A DNA stretch of 64,000 bases from Dimorphilus gyrociliatus. Lineage: Eukaryota; Animalia; Annelida. The stretch's first letter is position 1. Every line of letters begins with the position of its first letter. A program made the position numbers and the translations under genes. The stretch lies in NCBI GenBank assembly GCA_904063045.1, contig CAJFCJ010000008.1, positions 62,001-126,000 of the forward strand. The letters run 5' to 3'. Below the pieces are notes generated by a model. The model was not told the origin of the DNA. It searched no databases and saw nothing but the letters and a program-made list of their open reading frames with translations. Of the stretch, positions 13,545-25,600 are shown piece after piece.

Positions 13545-14631
13545 ATGTTTATGTTCATTAGTTGGTTGAGTTTGTTAATTATCTTCTTAATTGACCATAA
13601 AGTTTATTTGCAATCAATTAATTCGACTTCTCACGATAAAAGCCAATTTCTGGGACAAACTGCAAAGGGAATTTTTACTCTGGGTGGTTCTATACTAGGA
13701 ATAATTTTACTGTTTGTAATCCTGTGCTTCCTTTGTCAGAAAATAACTAATACTCCGTTGAATATAGAAGATAGGACTGTCTTATTATTAGACCCTCATC
13801 CAAAAAGGTTATCTAAGAAAATGCCCTTAAATCCTCCGCAATATCCGCGTTCCGTTCCGGATGTCCATTGCCACCCGACCTTAGCTGATCCACTAAATTT
13901 AGAGGAATTAGTTGGAATGTATCCAGGTCAAATAGGATTAACAGTTCGATTAAAATTGAATTCTTTAGGTCGGTTTTTATTTCATAATATTGATATTTGA
14001 TTGATTAGCAAAGATAAAAAAGACAATACTTAGTAATCAAAGTTCGTTGAATGTAAATAAGAGATGAGATCCGACCTAAGAGTTGCATTTGTATGACCCA
14101 AAGGAAGATAACCCAAACTACAATGAGAGACCTCTTATTTGGCTTAGAACCAAAAGTATTCACTTAGGTTTGATAACAGACGATGCGCAATACAGAAATA
14201 AGACCCTTATCCAGAGACTATTAGTCGATCCAAATTTTGGAAAGATATCAAGACGAGCCAGTATTTATCCGTCTGCCATATCGATTTCGGAGAGTAGGTT
14301 GGCCAGTAGCGATTTCGACTCGAGAGGACAGAATAGTTTAACCTCTTTAACAGAAATAGACAATAGTAAAATTCTCCATACGGGGAATTCAATTAAAGGA
14401 ATATTACGTACAAAATCGTTACCTTCATTAAGTGAAGTGATTGAACACCAGCCGACGAAATTAGAGAGTTTTAGAGGGAAATTAAACATTCCCCAGCCTG
14501 GTTTACCTGTAAGAAAACCATTAACGGACACCCTACAAACACTAGGTTACATAAGAAACAATATGGGTCTTAAATCGGCCCTTACAGCGATTGGAAAAAG
14601 TGAAATAGGTCTCTTCCAAAAGAAAATATAA
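13545..14631 (+). CDS. Orphan single-pass membrane protein, about 300-330 aa, 2-3 exons
   Basis: ORF 13545-14000 has a signal-peptide-like N-terminus, an NST sequon and a TM (GGSILGIILLFVILCFLC). ORF 14083-14631 has no early ATG and must be spliced on. Phase-consistent models: intron 13969-14080, or exons 13545-13926/14009-14052/14104-14631. Junction unresolved. Confidence 0.55.
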
Positions 14632-15399
14632 ACTAAAACTTTTTCGAACGAGCCAATTGTTCGTAACGTGTTAATAGAAAAGAAAATATTCTCTTTTCTA
14701 ATTAATTAGGCTTAATTATTTGTCAAACTAAATGAAATGTTTCTTTTTAATATGTATATAATTTGAAGTATATAAACAAGCAGGGGGTGGTGAGTAGTCT
14801 TAAGCGTGTGACTAATACATCTAAATTGCTTTTGTAAGGAATACGAGTCAAGGGGAAAAAAGAATAAAAGTTGCTTTTTTTTTTTAAAAAGAAAGTGAGA
14901 ATTTTTCGTTTGAGCCCTTAGGGTTATTCTTTATGTCAAGTATAACGATACAATTTTATTATAGTCATATATACAGTGGCCAGGAATAAAAAAAACATTT
15001 AAACGTATACATACTGTTTATAAAGTTTATATCTATGCTCGTCTCTCCTAACATAAAGAGAGAAGGAGCCGATCGATCAACAAAAAAAAAACCCCATGAC
15101 AAAAGACGAATTTGATAAAGAGGTTGAATTTTTAAACGACTTAACTGCATCTTATTCAATCGCTATATTGATGTATTGAAATCGTTGTACGATATCAATC
15201 GCTTAACGACCGGTTCGCCTATACAAATGACTATTTTCGCCCATTGAAAATTGGGCAGGTCGGTTCGGTGGGAGAGCGAAAAGAATAGCGACCGAGAGAC
15301 GACTTTAAATGCTTGCAACCGCTAATTTCGTCACAATACATTTGTTTAGACGAACGCTCGGGGGTGCCGATTCAATAACTTCTCGCTAGTGTCAATTTT

Positions 15400-15438
15400 G
15401 GCGCCGCACGGGGGCGCATTCGCAGACGCAATGGCGCC
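15400..15438 (-). promoter_or_regulatory. BMP-responsive Smad element GGCGCC-N5-GTCTG plus a second GGCGCC (candidate Msx enhancer)
   Basis: Plus strand CAGAC(15423-27) GCAAT GGCGCC(15433-38) reads GGCGCCATTGCGTCTG on minus; second GGCGCC at 15400-15405; lies in a GC-rich island (15180-15480) in intergenic DNA. Confidence 0.6.
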
Positions 15439-18400
15439 GGACGAGGAGGCAATTTCAATACGTTCCACAAAATTTTTTCGCCCTAACTATAATTTACTGA
15501 AATTGGTGGCCTATTGAAATGACACCCCATTAAACTTATCTATCCAAACACTTATACGAAAATTAATCAGCTCATGAATATTATCATTTTTCCAACAATT
15601 TTCAAAGTTTTTTCTATTCATTTCCCATTCAAATCGTATTCTATGCTTGTTTGATGTTATTTTACAATAAACTATAAACCTATTATATTCTCGAATAGTT
15701 ATTCTGAATAGAATTGAATTAAAGTTTATACAAATTACTGTTAAAAAAAGAAAGAAGAAGCATCAATCATCTTTAAGCCTAGATCTTGATTAGCGAAAAA
15801 AGAATAATCTCTTTATTATTTTTCCTATTATGAAACAGCTCGCATAATGGAATTACGAAATAATTCATTCTCTAAGTTAAAAAATATTTATTCAATTCTC
15901 TTAATCCTTTTATATTAAGTTAATTCAGTTAATCCAGTTTAAAAAGTCAATTAAAGTAAGTAATTTTTGAATGCTTCCATACAAAATCGCTAGAGCAATT
16001 AGTTTACGTTTTATTAAACTTTAATGAAATGGTTAATTTTCAATATATAGGCATAGATTTTTTTTTTGTTAGAATGGGCTTTTTGACGAATAAAAAACAT
16101 ATGAATGAATTTGTTTATTAGTATGTATATACTGCGTAGAAATATTTACTTAATTTTCCTTCATCCCTGTCATTAAAATAGCCTAAAATACAGTTTATTA
16201 AGTAAACAAGACTATAAATGTTAAATTTGTTGTTTTTGGCCCATTCACTTTCTATATTCAACCATTCTCCATCCTGTCAATATCCCCCTTCCCTCCCGCC
16301 TCTCTCTCTCTCTCTCTCTCTCTCATTTTCTATCGGGGTATTTATCTTTCCCCCATTCATTCAAATTAATTCCCTTTCTTTATCGTTAATTTGATTATCT
16401 TGTAACCTTATTCGTATAAGAATTGTGAGAAAAATACGATAATTGTCAAAGAAAAAAAAACCTATAAACCTTTCTATTTTTCTTCTCTTTCACTGATTTT
16501 AAATGGCATTTTAAAAGAAGAAATTAAACAGATTGGTCGACTTTTTAGAAATAAAAAATATATATACAAATATATATATATAGATATAGATATATTTGAG
16601 AGCTTTATTTCCTTTAGAATTCTATTATTACGAGTAGCTTTTGCTATTAGCCATAGAATGTTTAGTCATTTTTAGGTTAATTATAATAATTTGGCGTTTC
16701 AAGTTCAATATACAATTATACCTGAAAAGCTATATAGTCATTTTAAAAAATGAGGGGTTTTTTTATGCATTTTATTTCCTGCTTAAGCATTTTATATAAC
16801 GTTCGTAAATTCTGTTCAATTTATTGTATTCAACCCTTATTTCATTTCGGCAATTTTAAAAAGGGGCTGAATAATAAAATGAGGGCGATATATAAAATGT
16901 AATAGCATGATATATATAATAAAGCAATTACTTTTAAAATAAACTGTATTTTTACATTTTTATACGAGGATAGGTATAAATCCCTGCAGTTTATAAATTC
17001 CTAACATTAACATACTTAAATCTGGTATAAATAAATGTTAGGATATAACACTAGTATAATTTTCTCGACCCTAATTATTTAAAAATTCGGCAAAACTGGC
17101 GATCTGTCGGCTAATCTATAGCTTAATAGATATGCGATAAGCGCAAGGCAATTTCCTCCTCCATCCGCCCCGTTTATAGTCTGCCGATGATTACTGTGAG
17201 TTCTTAAGCGAGCGGAATTTATAAAAAACACGTGCTCGGACTAATGACCTTCGCGAAATATCCTCTTTTTTCAACCAGAAAGCTTCCGGATTGGATGCTG
17301 CGCAATTCGGATAAGCGCCCCGAGGAGCTTTATCGCCTGCCATCTCGATAAGGCGTCGTTGGGTTACACTTATAAACCTTAAAAATGAGAAGGGAAGAGA
17401 GTAAAATCTTTTCTAAACCATTTTTCCTTCTACCAGACAGACAGGCTCATTTCCGCTCTGCTTCCCCTTATCTCGCCCACTTTTTGTTAGTCTGTCCGTT
17501 TGATACCTATAGGCCTATTTGTTATTTAAAAATTTTGATATATTATTATAAAGTTCATGCAAGGTATGATAAATATTATACGGGTACATATTAGACAATG
17601 TGCTTAGGCTTAATACGTATCTATTACCCTCTCTATTGTAAATGTATTTTGAGAGGACAAGGGGGGGAGGGGAATGAGCTTGATTCTGTGAAAAGTCTTT
17701 TGGCGATAATTGTTGCTGAATAAACGATTCATTTATTAACGAAGGTAATGTATTGTCGATAGTGCTATAAATAACCAGACAATTTTAATTAGGTATAATA
17801 CAATTAAATAAATCTTTTTAATTCAGTGTTAAAAATTAGTCTTGGTCAATAAAATGGCGGCGTTCCTTTGTAGTTTTACTGTTTAAAGAGGCTTGTAAAA
17901 GAAAAATATATGTACGCATCGGGTTAATGCATCGGAATGTATGCGCGGCGTCTTTTTGAAATATTGGCTCTCAACGCCTAAACAATACTTTATAAGTGAG
18001 GGTTAAGTAGTGATGAAGAGTCAGAGTCATCAAAATCCCCTTTATCAAAGCCACTGATAACTGATCTCCATTGGGCTTCATCGTTATTTTTGGGAGGCGA
18101 CGACGCGCTATTATGCACGCTAAAAAACGCGTGAAAAGGAATAAGGGACGTCCCTCAACCAGAACACAATTAACAAAAGACTAATTAACCTTTCACTTCG
18201 ATTAACTGTATCAATAAGGTTTGACAAAAGGCCTCTGTGGGGTTTGGCCGTGGAGGAAACTCTTCTCGTTTCACAGTGGGTTACCTTTATCGAACGAGGA
18301 ACTTTGAGCGTTTCGTCGAATAAGCAAAATGGCGATAGAATTTTCCAAAGGAAACCATTTTTATTATGAGCTTCAACAGAGATTCTCTATGGCGTCTGCT

Positions 18401-21185
18401 CATTGCTGATAGCCCCCGACGATTACCAAGGGACGCATTTAGACGCTCAAACTGACGCCTCGCTCTATTGGACGCATCTAATAAATGCTCTCTTTACTTG
18501 CCCCGTTACCGAATTTATTAGGCGGAATGTGGAATTGTTTTTAGCAAAGGTTGAAAAGTTAAACTAAGAAATTTATTATCTCTGACTAGGATGTTCTTAA
18601 CCTCTTGAAGTCATCTTCTATACTGTTTTTTCTTTTTTTTTGGCATGATTTCATCGTATATCTTTTCTTTTAATTTCAATACAATTTATATACAAATCAA
18701 ACAAATATTAATTCAACAATTTGCATCAAAATAGATGGTGTAATTATTTAGTTTTTAGTTTGAGACTATGACACAGTAATTGTCTATAGTTGGTGAAAAA
18801 TATATAATTAAAACAATATTTTATCTATTTATACGTAATTTAAACTGTGTAATTATCTTAAAGATATATCAGTTCTAAGAGTCTTTCTGTCTTTTTTGCA
18901 CAAGTAAAAGAATTGTCGTTGATGACGGTGACACTTTTATCTCTTTCGAGCCTTTATCCAGTTTTGTTACAAGAATAATTGATTATTTTTATTAGAAACT
19001 TCTATATATATATAACTAAAATATGTTTATATAACTTGAAGGAAAGTAAAGGCAATCAATTTCACCTTTTCAATACAATAATCATCCGCAAATTCCCTTG
19101 ACTGATCTCTACCGATTCGAGCGAAAGATAGAGGCGTTTGATGGAGCCGCAAGCGTTTCCTGCTGAAAAATTAATCAAGGAAAACAGGAAATCAATGTTG
19201 GAATGACAGATGACGTAAAAATTAGAAAATAATAGATGAAAATCACTAGCAATGAACGAATAAAAACATCTTAGCGCCGGCTCAGCAAGTCACCTTCATA
19301 TTGGCTCGCTTTGCGCCAAATTGGATTTTTATGAGTTTATTTGCAACGACGGCTAGTGCTGAAAATGGCTGTTAAAGATGCTATCAGCGTCTATTCACAT
19401 TGAGCATAGAAAATACACATATTTTATAGAATTTAGAGAAGAAAGAATAAAAACATGGGAGGAACGGCAACGTTTAACAGCAATAAAAAGTCGACCGTAA
19501 GTGGTATACTTTATCTGAATCTTGTAAAGATCTAAAAAAAAAAAACACTGAATAAAAACTAAATAATAAAATAAAAAAGAAAAAAGTTTGGCATTTAGAA
19601 TAACAGTAATTAAGCGAGTAAATAATTCAAAGCGACTCTATTATCCCATTAAGTGCGCAACTATAATAAAAGCGCGCCAAAACAGTGATTAAAGCATTGA
19701 CATAGAAGCTTGTCATTTAAAGTAATTAGCTTAACAAAAGGCAAATCTCACGCGGTGTTTGTTGTATATTTAAAAGTTAATTAAACTCCGTGTGTTGCAT
19801 AGTCGTGCATCGATTATGCATTTTAGTTAGATCGATTTCTGAATTGTATATAATTACTGTACTAAGGCCTTAATGTTTTGAATAATATGATTAATTTAAC
19901 TGGTTTATTTCGGTAAAAAAAAAAAAGAATTTCTGGTCCAATTAAAATAGATCTCTGGAAGAGACGCACCCCACGGCGATCATATCTTACAGTCAAGATA
20001 TAATCGCGCAATTTATAATCGCATTATCACGTGCCACAAACTTATAATTGATAAGCAAACAGAATTTGAGATCGGGCGTCAATTAAACAAAAACGTACCT
20101 ATTCTACAGCAAATTGAAAAGATCTCAGGTAACAGTACTTCAAAAGGATCCTCCTAGTTTACGAATATTCACAAATCTAGCGAGCCGTGAAATGTGTTGA
20201 ATGCTTGAATGAATACGTTTGTAGTGTTTTTGCTACGCTTTTGAAGGCGATGTTTTGTTATTCATAAAAGTTGCTGCTGAATTTTTTATCTGTAGGCGCG
20301 TGCTAGGAAGAGAAACAACCTTTTTGCAGGGTTATGTATTTTTCACATGGAAATATGTTGTGTAATAAAAACACTCAACCTTTTAATAATCGGAAAAGTT
20401 TTTTTGACCTCTTTTTTATTCTATCCTTTTCTTATTTATTGTGCTTAAAATTCTTCATTTCACTAGAACGTTTTGTATCCATTAACGAGAGATTCGCGTG
20501 AATTGTTAAATAAAAATACACTGAGTATTAAAACTCGACCTCGTCACTGAATAACATATAATTTAAATGCTTTCGAATTAATCGTAATTTTATACCTACG
20601 GCCCGCATTTATTAGAGTCTTTTGAAAGTAAATAGAAAAATGGTATATACAAAGTCGGGTATACGCAACAATAATAACAACAACAAGACATTTTTTTCTT
20701 ATATATATAACATTCAAAAATCGTAAAAAAAGTCATTCAAAAGTGTTGTAAAGTTGATAAATGTTTGGGTAATTAAAGATCTCATTTCAGATATGACTAT
20801 TCAAGATATTCATCTGAGCCTCGTCTGTAAAAAAAATAAAAGAGAAGAAAATAAAAAAGCATACTGTTCAACTGTAAAATGCAATTAGCTTTCTCAATAG
20901 CCAAAATATTTAAGCGGTCTTTTAATTGAGAGCATTTCGAAAATTAAACGAACCGCTCGTTATCGTCTAACAGAAGCATTGATCATTTATTACGTCATCA
21001 ATGGATCGTTTAAATGCTCTCCTGCAGCCCTAAGTGGTATTATAATAGGCCAAATAGAAATACTATGCCAGCAAAAAAGTTACTCTTCCTATAATATAAA
21101 AATACGCAATCACAAGCTCTTATAAGGCTCAATTTCACACTGTATTACGAACACGGCATAGACCGAATGCTTTCCAGCGAACAAT

Positions 21186-21250
21186 CAGCCAATCACCGGC
21201 CAGCAATTAGCAATAGCCAATCAGCATTCAGTTTGCGTTAGCTCCGCCCA
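21186..21250 (+). promoter_or_regulatory. Msx proximal promoter: two AGCCAATCA (NF-Y) boxes and a GC box
   Basis: CCAAT at 21189-93 and 21217-21 (28 nt apart, both in AGCCAATCA), CCGCCC at 21244-49, TA-rich element near 21325; 150-200 nt upstream of the ATG. Confidence 0.7.
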
Positions 21251-21393
21251 CACCTCTCAAGTTTGGGCTCGAGTGTTTATGTTGACATTTTGACTTTGGA
21301 ACGCAAGCTTTGAAGAGTTCGACTATATTATAGCACTTCAGCTACTCAAGATATTCGCAGTCATTTTGAAGATACTTTGCGGACAACATCAAA

Positions 21394-22344
21394 ATGACTT
21401 CAACCAAGAAACCCAAGTTATCATTCAGCGTGGATTTCCTTATATCCGACAGCAAATCGAACGAGAGACATACGGACGACAAGGAGAAAAGTATCAGAGA
21501 TAACTCTAGCGAATGTAGCGATATTTCTCCCGCCCCAAGTCCGGTTAGGCAGAAGAACTTTTCCGTTGATGGATTGCTACAATCAAAAATGATGGGTCTC
21601 AATCCTTGCTGGCAAGCTGGTTTTCCTGTGAACCACTCTGGACCTTTACCCTGGTTTCCAACCCCCGCCTCTTTGGGATCTCCACCTCGTAAGTGTTTTT
21701 AAACGTCTTTTTTTTCTTTCTAACTTTCTACGAAATATGTTAATTACGTATTGAAATCTAACCATTGTTTTTAAAAACAGATCAAGGAACGCCGGTCTCA
21801 TCGGCGGCACCAAGATTACCTGCAGCACCGAATAAATGCGCTTTGAGAAAGCATAAGCCTAATCGCAAGCCAAGAACACCTTTTACGACGCAACAATTAT
21901 TGTCTTTAGAAAGGAAGTTCCGGCATAAACAATACCTTTCCATAGCCGAAAGAGCTGAATTCGCGTCTAGTTTGAAATTAAGCGAAACACAGGTAAATTC
22001 ATTAATTCAATTAGGTCTTGTTTTTTAATGAGCAAAACATGCGGGCTTATTAACTAGATAAATAATGTCTTCACAAGTCTGTAACTTATCAATTTAATTT
22101 ATCAAATCTTATCTAATTCATTCCTGTCTTCTTTATTCAGGTTAAAATATGGTTCCAAAATAGAAGAGCAAAGGCGAAACGATTACAAGAAGCCGAATTA
22201 GAAAAATTACGAATGGCGTCCAAACCAATTCTACCACATAATTTACCTTCATTGCCATTTAGCGGTCATCCCGGTTGGTTGCCAACGTCGACTAGTTTAA
22301 ATCATTTTCCATCGGCGTCGCTCTACCCATCTGTTCCGCATTGA
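21394..22344 (+). CDS. Msx: Msx/msh NK-like homeobox transcription factor, 236 aa; exons 21394-21688, 21781-21992, 22141-22344
   Basis: Two eh1 motifs (FSVDFLI, FSVDGLL), a PW motif (PLPWF), and [73 protein letters not shown], the diagnostic Msx homeodomain with flanks. GT-AG introns are phase-consistent. Confidence 0.98.
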
Positions 22345-22544
22345 CATGCAAAAAAACGGTTCTCTTTATGAAAATCATGGTGCTGTTATTTATTTGTTTC
22401 GCTTGACTGGCTTTTGTTGTGAGTAAAATGCAAAAAAATTTTACTATTTTTTACCCAAAAAAATTGTTGTTTGATTATCAATTTGCCATGCACATCTTGT
22501 ATAAAGTTACTATTGTATAGTTGAAGGAATTTGCACTATACTGA

Positions 22545-22680
22545 TGTATATATGTAAATATATGTATATGTATATATATGTATATATAGATATATACATA
22601 TGTATATAAATATGTATTAAAAAGGAATAATTTTGAATAATTGGATATATATGTATATATATATATACATATATATCTTG
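22545..22680. repeat. Low-complexity (TA)n/TATG microsatellite mosaic downstream of Msx
   Basis: Directly visible AT dinucleotide and TATGTA-like units; it explains spurious ORFs 22478-22705 and 22510-22773. Confidence 0.9.
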
Positions 22681-25600
22681 AAACGGACACGCGTATGCAT
22701 GACAATAAATTCCAGCTAAATTTAGCGTAAAAATTCGAAATTCCCGACTGACCCGTTGATCTGCAAAACTCATTGGCGCGAATTAATTTCTATCATATTC
22801 TACTCATCGGCGATAAACTTTGATCTCTTTCCTGTAAAAAGAGAAAATAAAAAAATATATAAATATACAGTATATACGAAAATGAATACTGAAAATAAGA
22901 ATGATGGGAAGATATAATCAGTTTTGAATTTTTGTTCTCTATTTTAGTCTTTTTTTTATTTGAACCATAAACAAAAACTTAAGAAGAATTATTTAAAGTT
23001 TCAATGACGATAAACTTCTAAGCCAAGTTAGATATAATATTCCGCGTAGCTAACTTCATACGTCTGGTGATAATCGAAGTTTTTCTATACTTTGGTAAAG
23101 TTAGAAGAGTTAAATCAACTCCTTAAACTTGTGTTTTATTTTTCTCGTTTATTTTTTAATTGGTTCAATTCTCCGTTAACATATTATATATCAGAACCTC
23201 TTATAAAGTTTAGTTTAATCTTTTCTATTATATGACTAAGAATTAAGGATAAAAGTTGAACTATGATCTTTCATATACAATATTACGGAATTTGTACTCA
23301 GCGCAACACCAACTACTTTATAAATAGGTCCGGTAGCCAAAATGGAAAACAAAGGGGTATGCTTAATTAAAAGCAAATGTTATATATAGCGTAATTTCTT
23401 AACAAATGCCAGCATTAGCCCGAAGGTCTCGCGATTTCGAACGCTTAGCTATTTTTCACGCTGCGTACAATTTGGAAGAGATTAGGAAATGAAAGACAGA
23501 TTTCTTCACCGGCCGCCGGCCTGATAGAAAGTATGAATTATAAAAAAAGAGAAAACGGCTGTGTTACATAATATTTTAGAAAGAATTAAATTGAGTATAA
23601 ACAAAAGGCTTGGCAAGTAAAAAAGAGAGAGATCGAGTCTATGGGTAGTAATTAACTAATTAACTAATTTTTGAATAGTAGTTGTAAAATATAAAGGATT
23701 GGAGAATAAAAGAAAAGACTGGGTTTACTTTTCCAATAGTGTAGTTGACGCGCCCTCCGGGCTCTCTTAGTTAAATTAAACGTATCGAGTTAATTGTTCT
23801 ATTGTTAGAATACCCTAGCCTTTATTCTTAGAAAAGGGTAATCGGGGAAGAAAGAGCGAAATTTCACACACGAGGATCCTCAAAAGTATCTTTCAAATCC
23901 CCGAAGCGTATCTGGTAAGAAAAATGCGGCGTTCACTTCAAAGTCGGCTACTTTAACAGCACACTCTCTCTTATCTGGTGTTTGTTCGATAAAGATAACG
24001 GACGTGGATGGTGATTAAGCGAGACGGTTTCGGAAATTTTAAGCGCGTGTGCTCCTTAATTTTGTTTTTATGTAGTCCTTTAAAATAGAGTGAAACGTTG
24101 CGATATTTACGTAACGCCTAACCGAATACAATTGGCATGTAATTCAAAACGTAATTAATGAAGCCTAACGCGCTAATCACTATTAACTCTCTTTACTTCC
24201 AAACTCTACCCAACTAAGTCTAATAGGCCGACAAAGAAAGTCACTTTATACAAGCCTAGTTTATCAAGGACGGGAAGAAAGAGCAAGAGAGAGAGGGAAA
24301 GGGGGGGGAGGGGGGGATATTCCACTAGTCATTTGTCACGATTTCATTTATCACCTAGCGTTTTGAATAAAACTTTTCTAAGCCTATTTAAATACAATTT
24401 CAATATACCTAAATAACATTTTTAATTCAATTACATCCTTTACCGTTGGTTGTATCCCTTTGTTCCGAATAATATGATATTTGTCATCTTTCTGCTCTTT
24501 TAAACGTAAACACATATTTAAAATGTGTTTATATTAGCAGCGAGAAAAAAGGAGATTTGTTCACGTCTGTTGCAAAACGAGATAGGGGTTAAGGGAGAGA
24601 GAGAGAGGCGAGATAGACAGAAAGAGCGAAGGGCCAGCAAGCAAGCGAACGAGCGAACGAGAGAGAAAAAACGCGCGCGCTCGCGCAAGACAGAGAAAGA
24701 CGGAGAAGTGGGGGGAAAGGAAAGGGAGGGGGGGTGTGGTGCGATAGGGTTAGAAAAATTTTGGGGTGGGGTTGCAGGGGGAGGGATAACAGTCTTTTTT
24801 TTAAAAATTGCCTTTCTTAAAGCTAACACTCGAAGGCACTCATGAGTGTAGCAGTGTTAAAAATTTCGTTGATTTATGTTATAGAATGAGTGTTTTCTAC
24901 TATTGAAAAACGAAAGTTAAATAGACTATATAACCCCCATTAGAAAAAAGTTAAAGAATAAAAAAAAGTCTTTACATATCACTTGTTAAAATCTACTTTC
25001 TATAATGTTATTCGAAAATTTATTATATAACAGCTAAGTACAATTTTATTGTGGTAATTAACCTCATCTGTAGCAAATTTTTACATCTTGCTTTCTTCTC
25101 AGTTTGCTATTGATATATTTATAAAAGAAAAAAAAATAAAGATAATCCTAGTTTAATAAGCCTATATAGTATTTGTAATACTCGGATATGTTTGTCTTTC
25201 AATTAGGCCTTAAAAATTCGAATGATAAATAAGGGTCAGTGCAATATTATTTAAATAAAGTATAACTATTGCAAAATTACTATGGCAACAGCTAGTCTTC
25301 TGACTGAGGGAGGTATGATGAACGGTTTTGAGAAGAAATGGATTGATGTGATAGCGTGAAGGGTCGTCGCCAGCGGTGTAAGCGTACGCAATAAGATTAA
25401 CCTAAATGTATAAATAATATAGACCCGCTACATCTTATAATAAGAAATCTGGCCGCAACTTGCGCCCATACGCTACTATCAATTACGTAAACAGTTTGCT
25501 TTTCAAACGGAAAGACTAATGGTTTAATAGAGATGTGCAGACTCTGCCTTCGATCTAGCCGCATAATTTTGGATGTTTTGACTTGTGCCAGTTGTCTGCT

